From contig JAXHOO010000033.1 of assembly GCA_034519365.1 (NCBI GenBank), forward strand, positions 7,850-71,849: a DNA stretch of 64,000 nucleotides. Reading direction: 5' to 3'. Shown piece after piece: positions 42,353 to 52,096 of the stretch. Below the pieces are notes generated by a model. It searched no databases. It was not told the DNA's origin and saw only the letters and a list, made by a program, of their open reading frames with translations. The translations under genes and the position numbers were made by a program. Positions within the stretch are counted from its first letter, which is position 1. Each line of letters opens with the position of its first letter. This stretch comes from Rhodoferax sp. GTDB taxonomy: Bacteria > Pseudomonadota > Gammaproteobacteria > Burkholderiales > Burkholderiaceae_C.

Positions 42353-43725
42353 GCGTAGCGGCCCGCTTCTCCATCAAGCGGCAGTTGCTGGTCTGGTTGC
42401 TGCTGCCGCAGCTGGTGCTGTGGCTGATGGGCGGGGTGCTGGCCTTTCGCGTCGCACTGACCTATGCCGAAAAGGCGATTGACCAGTCGCTGACCCAATC
42501 CGTGCGCTCGCTGGCGCGCCAGGTCAAACCATTGGGCTCGGGCCTGCTCATTGACTTCCCGCGCGCGGCCCAAGACATCATGGAACAGGACCCCAACGAC
42601 CGGGTGACCTACATGGTGTCCTCACCACCGGGCAGTTTTTTGCTAGGCAATGGAAAACTGCCAGGCCCTGGCGATCACTTCACCATCCTGCACAACGAGC
42701 CCCTGCTGTACGAAGTCGTGATCGACGGCAAACCCATGCGCATTGCCTCCATCGACCTGAGTTTTGGTGATGGCTTTACCGACCAGACCATGCGCGTGCA
42801 GGTCGCCAAGAGCCTGGTGGCGCAGCAGCGGATTGCGCGCGAACTGGTGCGCGATGTTCTGTTTCCACTGCTGATCTTGGGCGCCGTGCTGAGCGTGTTG
42901 GTGTACGAGGGCATACGCCGCGGCCTGGCGCCACTGGAGCGGCTGGAGGCGCAGCTGGCGCACCGCAGCACCGCGTCTCTCTCACCCATCGAAATGACGC
43001 AAGCGCCCGAAGAAGTGCACTCGCTGGCCAACACGCTCAACCAATTGCTCACCAATCTGCGGCGCAGCCTGAGCCAGGAAAAGCGCTTTTTAAGCGACGC
43101 CGCCCACCAGCTTCGCACGCCGTTGGCCGGTCTGATCAGCCAGACCGAGTTGGCCATGCAGGAAACCGAACCCGAGGCTCTGCAACAGCGGCTGGTCAAG
43201 GTGCACACCGGCGCCCAGCGTAGCGCCCACTTGGTACACCAGTTGCTCTCCTTGGCGCGCACCGAGGCCGAGGTGGCCCTGCGCCCCGTGGATGTGGCGG
43301 CCCTGGCACGCGAAGTGGCCCGCGAATGGACGCCCCGCGCCCTAAGTGCCGGCGTAGACTTGGGCTATGAAGGCGAGGACACACTCATCGTGGCGGGCGA
43401 CAAACTGCTGCTGCGGGAAGCCCTGAGCAACCTGATCGACAACGCCTTGCGCTACGCAGGCCACAACAGCAACGTCACCTTGCGCGCGGAAAGCCGTGGG
43501 GGCCAGTGTGTGTTGGAAGTAGAGGACAACGGCCCGGGATTGACCCCGGAAGAACGCGAGCATGTGTTCGAACGCTTTTGGCGCGCCAGCGAACTGCCCG
43601 GCGGCTGTGGCTTGGGCCTGTCCATCGTGGCGGAGATCGCCAAGCGCCATGGGGGTAGCGCAGAGTCACGCAGCAGCCTGCCACACGGCCTCACCGTCAG
43701 CCTGCAGCTACCGCCACCGAGCTGA
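42349..43725 (+). CDS. Sensor histidine kinase (TctE-like)
   Basis: Two TM segments, HAMP, DAAHQLRTPL, DNALRY, DNGPG and GCGLGL; ATGA overlap with the regulator. Confidence 0.88.
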   Translation: MSVAARFSIKRQLLVWLLLPQLVLWLMGGVLAFRVALTYAEKAIDQSLTQSVRSLARQVKPLGSGLLIDFPRAAQDIMEQDPNDRVTYMVSSPPGSFLLGNGKLPGPGDHFTILHNEPLLYEVVIDGKPMRIASIDLSFGDGFTDQTMRVQVAKSLVAQQRIARELVRDVLFPLLILGAVLSVLVYEGIRRGLAPLERLEAQLAHRSTASLSPIEMTQAPEEVHSLANTLNQLLTNLRRSLSQEKRFLSDAAHQLRTPLAGLISQTELAMQETEPEALQQRLVKVHTGAQRSAHLVHQLLSLARTEAEVALRPVDVAALAREVAREWTPRALSAGVDLGYEGEDTLIVAGDKLLLREALSNLIDNALRYAGHNSNVTLRAESRGGQCVLEVEDNGPGLTPEEREHVFERFWRASELPGGCGLGLSIVAEIAKRHGGSAESRSSLPHGLTVSLQLPPPS

Positions 43726-43799
43726 GACCGGCATCTAGGCAGCCTCTTGGGGGGGGTGAGTCAAGCCCCCAAGACAATCGGCGACCCTGCCGGTATGAA

Positions 43800-45050
43800 T
43801 TACTTGGTCTTGGCGGCTGCTGAGATGTTGGTCACTGCGTCAGCTACCGAAATTCTGTCGTCGTTCCAGTATTGAGATACTGCATTTTTGATGGCGTTTT
43901 CGACCGCAGGCTTGACGGCCATGCCCTGGGCCACCGACGGCACCAAGCCGCCAGATTTAGCCGTCAAGACGAAATCTTTGGCCGACGTCTTGGAGCATTC
44001 GTCAAATTTGTTCATATTCGTATTCAACCGAACCGGGATGGACCCCTTGTTCAGGTTGAATACCTCTTGGAACTCAGCGCCCATGATGGCAGCGGCTAGG
44101 TCAGCCTGCGCCTTTTGCGCCCCAACGCCCTTCAGCCCGAACATCACGAAGGAGTCCACGTTGAAGGTGTAGGCATTGGCGCTTCCGGGCGCTGCAACAC
44201 AGATGTAGTCCTTGCCGGGCACCTTCCCAGCAGCCGTGAATTCCCCTTTGGCCCAGTCTCCCATAAACTGGAATGCGGCCTTTTCTTGAATCACCAGGGC
44301 AGTCGACAAATTCCAATCGCGGCCTGTCGCAGCGGGGTCGGTGTAGGCCTTGAGTTTGCGAAAAATCTCGAGCGAGTTTCTCATCGCATCGCTGGTCAGC
44401 GCCTGGGGGTTGAGCTTCACCAAGGCGTCATTATAAAACTTGGCCCCCCCGACACCGAGTGCAACCGACTCAAACGTTGTGAAATCCCAGATGCTCTGGC
44501 CACTGTGCGCCAAAGGAATCAGACCCACCTTTTTCACTTTGTCAGCGGCCGCAAAGAACTCGTCCCAGGTCTTGGGAATGGACGTCACGCCCGCCTTTTT
44601 CAGCACGGCGGCATTAGCCCACATCCAGTTCACGCGGTGCACGTTGACCGGCACAGCAACGTAAATGCCTTTGTATTTCATGACGTCGGCAACCACATCG
44701 GGCAGCAACTCGCCCCAATGTTCGGTCTTGGCAATCGCGTCCAAATTGGCCACCACGCCTTCCTTGGCCCAATCCTGAATACCCAAGCCTTTGACCTGCG
44801 CTGCAGCGGGTGGATTGCCAGAAACCGCACGGTTCTTGAGCACGGACATCGCGTTATCCCCGCCACCGCCAATCACCGCAAAATCTTTCCAGACGTGGCC
44901 CTTGGCTTGCATGATCCTCTTGAGTTCCGCGACGGACCGGGCTTCCCCCCCCGAGGTCCAATAGTGCAAAACCTCCACCTCGCCCGCCACGGCCGCCGAC
45001 ACCCCCACCATCAGGGCGATGGCGGTTGCGAGGTTCGATGGGATCGACAT
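43800..45050 (-). CDS. Sugar ABC transporter substrate-binding protein
   Basis: Signal peptide, EVLHYWTSGGE, PVNVHRVNW and MGDWAKGEF motifs. Confidence 0.88.
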   Translation of the reverse strand: MSIPSNLATAIALMVGVSAAVAGEVEVLHYWTSGGEARSVAELKRIMQAKGHVWKDFAVIGGGGDNAMSVLKNRAVSGNPPAAAQVKGLGIQDWAKEGVVANLDAIAKTEHWGELLPDVVADVMKYKGIYVAVPVNVHRVNWMWANAAVLKKAGVTSIPKTWDEFFAAADKVKKVGLIPLAHSGQSIWDFTTFESVALGVGGAKFYNDALVKLNPQALTSDAMRNSLEIFRKLKAYTDPAATGRDWNLSTALVIQEKAAFQFMGDWAKGEFTAAGKVPGKDYICVAAPGSANAYTFNVDSFVMFGLKGVGAQKAQADLAAAIMGAEFQEVFNLNKGSIPVRLNTNMNKFDECSKTSAKDFVLTAKSGGLVPSVAQGMAVKPAVENAIKNAVSQYWNDDRISVADAVTNISAAAKTK

Positions 45051-45078
45051 CAGGCTTCCCAACAATGCAACCGGCGCC

Positions 45079-46062
45079 TCAGCCCACGACCAACGCCAGT
45101 GCGGCGTAGTCGCCAACCTGCTCGCCCAGCCCCGCAGGAACAATCTCAACGCCGTTGGTCAGAGCGGGCAGTTTGCCGCGCAGGTAGGCTTGCAGCTTGG
45201 GCAAGAGGTAGTCACGGTTGTGCCAAAACACGCTGCCACCGACGCTAATGCGCTGCAAATCCAGCGTGGCGACCATGTTGAAGAGTGTGCGCCCCATGAC
45301 ATCGCAAAGGTCATCAATAATGGCCACAGCCTCCGTATTTCCTTCCTGAGCAGCTACGAAAAGCGTAGCAGAATCGGAAAATCCTTGGCTGCCAAAACGA
45401 CGTGGAATCGCGTTGCCGGCGACCAGACCTTCCACATCCCCGGTCAGGCCGCAGCCGCACAAGGCGTCATGGTTGGTGCTGACAAAGGTATGGCCCGCGT
45501 GGCCTGCATTGCCATTTTTCCCGCGCAAGATGTGTCCGTCCACACACAGCCCCATGCCAATGCCGGTGCTCCAGGTGACGTACGCGCAATGCGACAGGCC
45601 TTGCAATGCGCCCCAGCGGCGCTCGGCTTCCAGCGCGCCCACGCCGTCGTTCTCTACGCGGACTTTGGGGAAAGCGGCTTTGAGCGGCGCTTCCAGCAGG
45701 GCCGTAGCCCAGTCATTGGGCAGGCCACGGGCCTTGCCGGCCAAACCGCCACAGATGTTGGGGCCGGCCAATTCCACCATGCCGTCGCGGATCACAAAGG
45801 GGCCGCAAGTCGCAACACCGACCGCCGCAATGTCGGCTACGGCGACCCCCGCCAGCGCGCAGCTTTGGCCAATCATGCGAATAATTTGCTGGGCCAAGGC
45901 GTCGTTATTGCCTTCTTTGGCCGTAGGTTCCGCCAGTTTGCCGCGCACGCCTAAGGCATCGGCGATTTGGACCGCGACCTTGGTGCCGCCAATGTCAACA
46001 CAGGCAACCGGCGGCGTGCCAGCGGGAATAAGGAGGGTCACAAGAGGGGCGTTGGCGGACAT
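45079..46062 (-). CDS. ROK family sugar kinase
   Basis: DIGGTK, VENDG, STGIGMG, GHAGH and CGCG motifs. Confidence 0.88.
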   Translation of the reverse strand: MSANAPLVTLLIPAGTPPVACVDIGGTKVAVQIADALGVRGKLAEPTAKEGNNDALAQQIIRMIGQSCALAGVAVADIAAVGVATCGPFVIRDGMVELAGPNICGGLAGKARGLPNDWATALLEAPLKAAFPKVRVENDGVGALEAERRWGALQGLSHCAYVTWSTGIGMGLCVDGHILRGKNGNAGHAGHTFVSTNHDALCGCGLTGDVEGLVAGNAIPRRFGSQGFSDSATLFVAAQEGNTEAVAIIDDLCDVMGRTLFNMVATLDLQRISVGGSVFWHNRDYLLPKLQAYLRGKLPALTNGVEIVPAGLGEQVGDYAALALVVG

Positions 46063-46107
46063 AACAGGCAATCGAAAGGAAGTAGGACTGGAAAGGGGAA
46101 AGAGAAG

Positions 46108-46476
46108 TTACTGACGACCGTAGTCGTCTTGCAGGCGCACGATGTCGTCTTCACCCAGGTAGGCACCAAACTGCACCTCGACGATTTCTACAGGCCGGTC
46201 CGTCAGATTGGCCAAGCGGTGCACCTGCCCCACGGCGATATCGCAATGTTGGCCCTGGGTGAGTTCAAACACTTGGTCATCCAGCGTCACGCGGGCGACA
46301 CCTTGGGTCACCACCCAGTGCTCGGCACGCTGATGGTGCTTTTGCAGGCTCAACTGCTGGCCCGGCAACACGCCAATGCGCTTGACCTTATTGCCTGCAA
46401 CTTCGGAAATGGTTTCGTACCAGCCCCAAGGGCGGGTCGTGCGTTCAATGGTTTCGGTGCGGTGGGTGGTTTGCAT
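46108..46476 (-). CDS. Cupin, phosphomannose isomerase type II C-terminal-like
   Basis: RPWGWY, LSLQKHHQRAEHW, HRLAN and EDDIVRLQDDYGR motifs. Confidence 0.88.
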   Translation of the reverse strand: MQTTHRTETIERTTRPWGWYETISEVAGNKVKRIGVLPGQQLSLQKHHQRAEHWVVTQGVARVTLDDQVFELTQGQHCDIAVGQVHRLANLTDRPVEIVEVQFGAYLGEDDIVRLQDDYGRQ

Positions 46477-46571
46477 GATGAATCGTTCCTTAAAGACTCG
46501 CGGCTGATACTAACTTGCAACACACGGCCTGCGTTACCGCCTCGTTACCAGGCGCGGCTTCTTGCGACGAT

Positions 46572-47678
46572 CTACAGACGGTGCGTCTTATCGCCATGGG
46601 CAAAGCCGAGCAAGGGTAGGTCAACGCCCCGCCCCAGCGCGATGACCTTAAAAAACTCGCCCATCTCGTGCTCCAAAATCAATTTTTGGGCCACAACGCG
46701 CTCAGGTAACGGCGCCGACTGCATAGCTTCCACCAGTCCGCAGTTGATCAAAAAATGGGCTTGGTTGGTGTAGCCCAACACGTCCAGCCCCGCGTCTTGC
46801 GCCGCCAGCGCGATACCCGTGAAGTTGACGTGGGCCGTGATGTCCTTGAGTCCCACGTCGTGCAGCGGTTCCATGTCGCTTTGGTGTGCCCGGTGGCACA
46901 TCACGGTGCCCATGTGCCGCTGCTCATGGTAGTACTCACTCTCTGGGAAGCCATAGTCCAGCAACAACACCGCACCCAGCTCCAGTCGATCGGCCAAGGT
47001 GCGCACAAAGGCTTCACCCTGAGGATGAATTTCGGTCAGGTAATCGTGTTCCCCGTCAATGTCCATGGGCGGGCGTAGCTCCGTTGGGCGGTCTTGCCAA
47101 ACTAAACCGGGGCCCCACGCCACGCCACGCTCAAACCACTGGCCCTGCACCCGCGCCAGCAGTTGCACTGGCATGGCGTCCAGCACCTCATTGCCGACCA
47201 CCACACCCCGTATCTGCACCGGTAGTTCTGTCGCCCAAACCACCTGATCGCCAAACTCGGCCAAAGTGTGGCGCTGGCGCGCCTTAAGCGACTCGGACAC
47301 ATCGACAATGGTGTAGCGCCGCACCTGCGGGCCCAAGGCAGTGAGCAGTTGGTGCGCCAGCTCGCCGGTGCCAGCGCCGAACTCCCAAATCTCATCGGTA
47401 CCCGTCGCCTCCAGCACCTGGGCCACCTGCCGTGCCAGCGCCTGGCCAAACAGCGGCGTCATCTCTGGGGCGGTCACAAAATCACTCCCCGCGCCGGGTC
47501 CGGACTGCGGCAAAACGCCAATCTTGGACAGGCCGTTGGCGTAGTAGCCCAGGCCGGGCGTGTACAGCGCCTGGGCCATCAGGGCGTCAAAACCCTGCCA
47601 GCCACCCGCTTTTTGGATGGCATCCGCGATAATTGGGAGCAAACGGGACGGAATGCTGTCGGCGGTGGATTCGGTCAT
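46572..47678 (-). CDS. MidA/NDUFAF7 family SAM-dependent methyltransferase
   Basis: DFVTAPE, EFGAGTG, NEVLDAMP, DYG and DITAHVNF motifs. Confidence 0.88.
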   Translation of the reverse strand: MTESTADSIPSRLLPIIADAIQKAGGWQGFDALMAQALYTPGLGYYANGLSKIGVLPQSGPGAGSDFVTAPEMTPLFGQALARQVAQVLEATGTDEIWEFGAGTGELAHQLLTALGPQVRRYTIVDVSESLKARQRHTLAEFGDQVVWATELPVQIRGVVVGNEVLDAMPVQLLARVQGQWFERGVAWGPGLVWQDRPTELRPPMDIDGEHDYLTEIHPQGEAFVRTLADRLELGAVLLLDYGFPESEYYHEQRHMGTVMCHRAHQSDMEPLHDVGLKDITAHVNFTGIALAAQDAGLDVLGYTNQAHFLINCGLVEAMQSAPLPERVVAQKLILEHEMGEFFKVIALGRGVDLPLLGFAHGDKTHRL

Positions 47679-47747
47679 CGCTGCATAGGGGGATATAAGC
47701 CCCGCATTATCCGACCCTCTTGCCCCACCCCTTTCTAGGATTCCTGC

Positions 47748-48533
47748 ATGCATCAACGCGTCCTCATTACCGGTGGCGCCCAACGGTTGGGCGCGCTGCT
47801 TTGCAACCAGTTCGCCCAAGCCGGGTGGGAAATCTGGTGCCACTACCAGCACAGCGCCACGGCCGCCGAGGCCTTGTGCGCCCAACTGCGTGCCCAAGGC
47901 CACGCGGCCCAAGCCATTGCCGCCGACTTGGCAGACGACGCCAGCCGCCAACGCATGGTGGCCCACATTGTTCAGCGCTCCGGCCCGTTGCACTGCTTGG
48001 TCAACAACGCGTCCAGCTTTGAGCCCGACAGCGGCGATGCCATGGACGTGGCTGGCGCACGCCAACAACTCGAAGTGAACTTACTCGCGCCCCTAGCGCT
48101 GGCCAGCCTGATGGCGCAAACGCCGCTAGACGTGGCGCACGGAACCCGCAGCGTGATCCACCTACTGGATCAAAAAGTGTTCAACCTGAATCCTGACTAC
48201 TTTTCGTACACCGTGAGCAAGCTCGCACTGGAGCGTGCTGTGGCCCTGCAGGCCCAGGCCTTAGCGCCGGCCATTCGCGTGTGCGGCGTGGCACCGGGGC
48301 TGATGTTTTTGAGCGGCCCACAAACCCAGGCCAACTTTGACCAAGCCGCCCAGGTGAACTTGCAACGTTCCCCGCTGGACCCCGCGCAAGTGGCTGCCAC
48401 ATGCTTGTTTTTAGCGCAAAACCCCAGCATCAACGGCGTCACCATCGCGGTGGACAACGGCCAGCATCTGGTTCCTTTGGCGCGCGATGTGATGTTCATG
48501 ATTCCCGACACCGCAACTGGAGCGACAGCATGA
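47748..48533 (+). CDS. SDR oxidoreductase (pteridine reductase/FolM-like)
   Basis: TGGAQRLG, NNAS and YTVSK motifs; lies upstream of folB paralogs. Confidence 0.8.
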   Translation: MHQRVLITGGAQRLGALLCNQFAQAGWEIWCHYQHSATAAEALCAQLRAQGHAAQAIAADLADDASRQRMVAHIVQRSGPLHCLVNNASSFEPDSGDAMDVAGARQQLEVNLLAPLALASLMAQTPLDVAHGTRSVIHLLDQKVFNLNPDYFSYTVSKLALERAVALQAQALAPAIRVCGVAPGLMFLSGPQTQANFDQAAQVNLQRSPLDPAQVAATCLFLAQNPSINGVTIAVDNGQHLVPLARDVMFMIPDTATGATA

Positions 48534-48928
48534 GCACGGCTATGGACACGCTGATGCTGGAATGCCGCCGCGTGTTTCTGCGCGACCATGTGGTGCCGGT
48601 GCAGATCGGCGCGCATGATTTTGAAAAGGGCGCACCGCAGCGCTTGGTCTTCAACGTGGAACTGTTTGTTCCCTACGCCAACAGCACACCCAAAGCGGAC
48701 CAGTTGGCCGAAGTGGTGGACTACGACATGGTGCGCGAGGTGATTGCGCGACGCGTGGCGCTAGGCCATGTGGAGTTGCAAGAAACCCTGTGCGACGACC
48801 TCGCCGCCCAGCTACTGGCCCACCCCCAGGTGCGCGCTGTGCGCCTGTCTACCCAAAAACCCGATGTGTACCCGGATTGCGCGGGAGTCGGTGTGGAAGT
48901 ATTTCGCATGAAAGGCGCTAATGCGTGA
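48530..48928 (+). CDS. folB: Dihydroneopterin aldolase family protein 1
   Basis: IGAHDFE, VVDYD, LQETL and KPDVY motifs. Confidence 0.78.
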   Translation: MSTAMDTLMLECRRVFLRDHVVPVQIGAHDFEKGAPQRLVFNVELFVPYANSTPKADQLAEVVDYDMVREVIARRVALGHVELQETLCDDLAAQLLAHPQVRAVRLSTQKPDVYPDCAGVGVEVFRMKGANA

Positions 48929-49307
48929 CGAAAGCATGAAGGCCAGCACCGGCCTCCAGACCTTGACCCTCACGGGCCTGCGGTTCGACGCTAATCTGGG
49001 CATTCTGGATTCGGAGAAAGTGGCGCCCCAACCGATTCAAGTGGACGCGGAACTCAGCCTGGGCACCCAGCCCTTGTTGCCGCACGACGATGACATCAAC
49101 CGGGTGCTGGACTACCGCAAGGTACGCCAGATCATCATCAGCGAGTGCACGGCCGAGCATGTGAACCTGCTGGAAACCTTGATTGGCAAGCTGGCCCACC
49201 GGTTGATGCAGTTACCCGGTGTACTGGGCGTGCGGGTGAAGATTGCCAAACTAGAAATTTTTGAAGACTGCGAAGTGGCGATTCGCATGGAAACCGGACA
49301 GTGGTAA
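48921..49307 (+). CDS. Dihydroneopterin aldolase family protein 2
   Basis: LGILDSE, VLDYRKV, LLETL and KLEIF motifs. Confidence 0.75.
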   Translation: MRDESMKASTGLQTLTLTGLRFDANLGILDSEKVAPQPIQVDAELSLGTQPLLPHDDDINRVLDYRKVRQIIISECTAEHVNLLETLIGKLAHRLMQLPGVLGVRVKIAKLEIFEDCEVAIRMETGQW

Positions 49308-49332
49308 GCGCACAGGCGCAATGGAGAAAACG

Positions 49333-50286
49333 ATGAGTGCAGTATGGATTGAAGACGACGCCGAGACCGTGGATGCGGCGGCCGACCGCCAGAAAGAATT
49401 GAAGATCGAGCGCGAAACGCACAAGCTGGAAAAGCGCCTGTGCCGCCACGTGGGCCAGGCCATCATGGACTTCAACATGATCGAGGAAGGCGACCGCGTG
49501 ATGGTTTGTATGTCGGGCGGCAAAGACAGCTACGGCATGCTCGATATCCTGCTCAAGATGCAGCAGCGCGCACCGATTCAATTCGAGATCGTGGCCGTCA
49601 ACTTGGACCAGAAGCAACCCGGCTTCCCCGAGCACATCCTGCCCGAATACCTCAAAGCCCTGGGTGTGGAGTACCACATCGAAACCCAAGACACCTACTC
49701 CATCGTCAAGCGCAACATCCCCGAAGGCAAGACCATGTGCAGCCTGTGCAGTCGTCTGCGACGGGGCATTTTGTACAACGTGGCGCGCAAACTCAAATGC
49801 AACAAACTTGCGCTGGGACACCACCGCGACGACATGTTGCAGACCTTCTTTTTAAATATGTTTTTCGGCGGCAAGCTCAAGGGCATGCCCCCCAAGTTGA
49901 CCAGTGACAACGGCGAGTTTGTGGTGATTCGCCCCTTGGCCTATGTGGCCGAGAAAGACCTGATACGCTGGGCCGCACACCGCCAGTTCCCGATCATCCC
50001 CTGCACCCTGTGCGGCAGCCAAACCAACCTGCAGCGCGTGCAGATCGGCAACATGCTGCGCGACTGGGAAAAGCAGTACCCCGGCCGCGCCGAGACCATG
50101 TTCACCGCGCTGCAAAACGTGGTGCCCTCGCACCTGATGGACCACCAGTTGCACGACTTCAAGAACGTGCGAGCCACGGGTGTGGAAGACGAGGACGGTG
50201 ACAAGGCTTTTGACGAGGAAGAGTTCCCCGCGCCGTCTTTGCCCACGTTGTCCGGCCTACCGGGTGTGCAGGTCGTTACGCTGTAA
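49333..50286 (+). CDS. ttcA: tRNA 2-thiocytidine biosynthesis protein
   Basis: [22 protein letters not shown] and [10 protein letters not shown] motifs. Confidence 0.94.
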   Translation: MSAVWIEDDAETVDAAADRQKELKIERETHKLEKRLCRHVGQAIMDFNMIEEGDRVMVCMSGGKDSYGMLDILLKMQQRAPIQFEIVAVNLDQKQPGFPEHILPEYLKALGVEYHIETQDTYSIVKRNIPEGKTMCSLCSRLRRGILYNVARKLKCNKLALGHHRDDMLQTFFLNMFFGGKLKGMPPKLTSDNGEFVVIRPLAYVAEKDLIRWAAHRQFPIIPCTLCGSQTNLQRVQIGNMLRDWEKQYPGRAETMFTALQNVVPSHLMDHQLHDFKNVRATGVEDEDGDKAFDEEEFPAPSLPTLSGLPGVQVVTL

Positions 50287-50299
50287 TCGGGTAACGCGC

Positions 50300-50896
50300 A
50301 TGCGCCCTTTCGCCCGCTTCTTCTGCCGCACCGCAATGCTATGTGCCGCAGTGCTGCTGTCGGGCTGCGCCCTGCCCCGCATGATCGACAGCGAGGTGCA
50401 AAGTTTTGCCGGCAGCGTGCCGGCGGCAACCGGCGCCAGCTATCGGTTTGATCGCCTCCCCTCACAAGCCAACAACCCTGCGCAAGACCAGGTTGAAGCC
50501 ATGACGGCAGACGCGCTGGCTAACGCTGGGCTGAAGCGCGACGACGCCGCACCGCGCTATCTGGTACAGGTGGACTTGGGCGTGGAAGGCATGCGCAACC
50601 CCTACTACCGCCCGCCCCGCTCGCGCTTGGTGTTGGGTAACAACGGCCTCTGGTACGAGCAGCCACTGTTTCCCGATCTAGAAAGCCCGTGGTACCGCCA
50701 CCGCGTGCACCTTTTATTGCGCGAGACGTCGAGTGGCCAGGTGGCTTACGAGACCTCAGCCACCTTCGAAGGCCCCTGGAGCGACACGCTGAACCTGCTG
50801 CCACCCATCTTGGAAGCCGCGCTGCAGGACTACCCCGCGCCAGGCACCCGCAAAGTCGTGGTTGAGCTGCCAGGACATAGCGCGGGGCCCCGCTGA
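50300..50896 (+). CDS. Lipoprotein (DUF4136-like)
   Basis: LLSGCA lipobox, YRFDRLPSQ and YETSA. Confidence 0.7.
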   Translation: MRPFARFFCRTAMLCAAVLLSGCALPRMIDSEVQSFAGSVPAATGASYRFDRLPSQANNPAQDQVEAMTADALANAGLKRDDAAPRYLVQVDLGVEGMRNPYYRPPRSRLVLGNNGLWYEQPLFPDLESPWYRHRVHLLLRETSSGQVAYETSATFEGPWSDTLNLLPPILEAALQDYPAPGTRKVVVELPGHSAGPR

Positions 50897-51553
50897 ATGA
50901 CCGCGACCCGCATCACCGCTGTACGCCACGGCGAGACCGCCTGGAACGTGGACACCCGCATTCAGGGGCAGCTCGACATTGGTCTGAACGCGCGGGGCCA
51001 ATGGCAGGCTGAGCGCGTTGGCAAGGCTCTGGCGGAAGCCGAGATTGACCACGTTTACAGCAGCGACCTGCAACGCGCCCACTGCACGGCTGAGGCCATC
51101 GCCCGCCACGCCCGCGAGCCAGGCTCGCCCCCTTTGCAGGTGCGCTTGCACCAGGGTTTGCGCGAGCGCGGCTTTGGTAGCTTTGAAGGCGAAACATGGG
51201 CCGACATTGCCGAAAAGTGGCCCGAAGAGTCGCGTCGCTGGAAACAGCGTGATCCCCACTTTGCACCACCGGGCGGCGAAACGCCCACGGTGCTGCTGGA
51301 ACGCGTGAGGCGCACAGTTGACGAGATTGCCGCCCAGCACTTGGGCGAGCACATCGTATTGGTGGCGCATGGTGGCGTGATGGACATGCTGTACCGCCTA
51401 GCCACGCGCCAAGAGCTGCACGCACCACGCACCTGGGAGCTGGGCAACACAGCCATCAACCGCCTACTCTGGACGCCTGACGCCCTGACCCTGGTGGGCT
51501 GGGCCGATACCCGCCACTTGGACGAAACTGCGTTGGACGAATCCAGCACCTGA
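50897..51553 (+). CDS. Histidine phosphatase (phosphoglycerate mutase-like)
   Basis: RHGETAWN, SSDLQRA, LRERGFG and AHGG motifs. Confidence 0.9.
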   Translation: MTATRITAVRHGETAWNVDTRIQGQLDIGLNARGQWQAERVGKALAEAEIDHVYSSDLQRAHCTAEAIARHAREPGSPPLQVRLHQGLRERGFGSFEGETWADIAEKWPEESRRWKQRDPHFAPPGGETPTVLLERVRRTVDEIAAQHLGEHIVLVAHGGVMDMLYRLATRQELHAPRTWELGNTAINRLLWTPDALTLVGWADTRHLDETALDESST

Positions 51554-51567
51554 CACGGAGAACACCC

Positions 51568-52026
51568 ATGGGGCACTACTTGTTGCATGCAGGCTCTGTC
51601 CCCTGGCAGGACCAGTTGCTGTACGGCGCACTCATCCTCACGGCCATCGTGCTTTTGTTCTTCGTATTTTGGTGGTGCAAGCGCGCGAGCCGGCCTGCAC
51701 AGGGCGACTTTGCCGCCTTGGCCACCCAGGCCAACGTGCCCGAAGCGCTGGCCGAACAAGACCGCAGCCCCTTGGCCGATGCCGCCGACGCTTGGGAGCA
51801 AACCCAAACCACCATGACGCACCTGCGATCCGGCGTGGAGCGGGGCATTGCGTTGGTGTTGGCCTTGCTCTCGGGCTTGCTGTTTCTCATCAGCGCCAGC
51901 GCGGTGATGAGCTTTGCGTGGGATTTCCCGGACGTCGCCTGGGGCACGCTGGCGTTTTATCTGGTGTTGGGTGCCGTCTGCGGCTGGTTTATGCGCGTGC
52001 AGTGGCGCGAATTTCGCCCGAAGTAG
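51568..52026 (+). CDS. Hypothetical membrane protein
   Basis: RBS GGAG, three hydrophobic segments, fills the gap between genes. Confidence 0.6.
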   Translation: MGHYLLHAGSVPWQDQLLYGALILTAIVLLFFVFWWCKRASRPAQGDFAALATQANVPEALAEQDRSPLADAADAWEQTQTTMTHLRSGVERGIALVLALLSGLLFLISASAVMSFAWDFPDVAWGTLAFYLVLGAVCGWFMRVQWREFRPK

Positions 52027-52096
52027 AACCCTAGCTCTAGTCCTGCCTAGGGTTGTCCCGCTCGGCACCAAGCGCTTGCTCGGCAAAAATTCCAGC

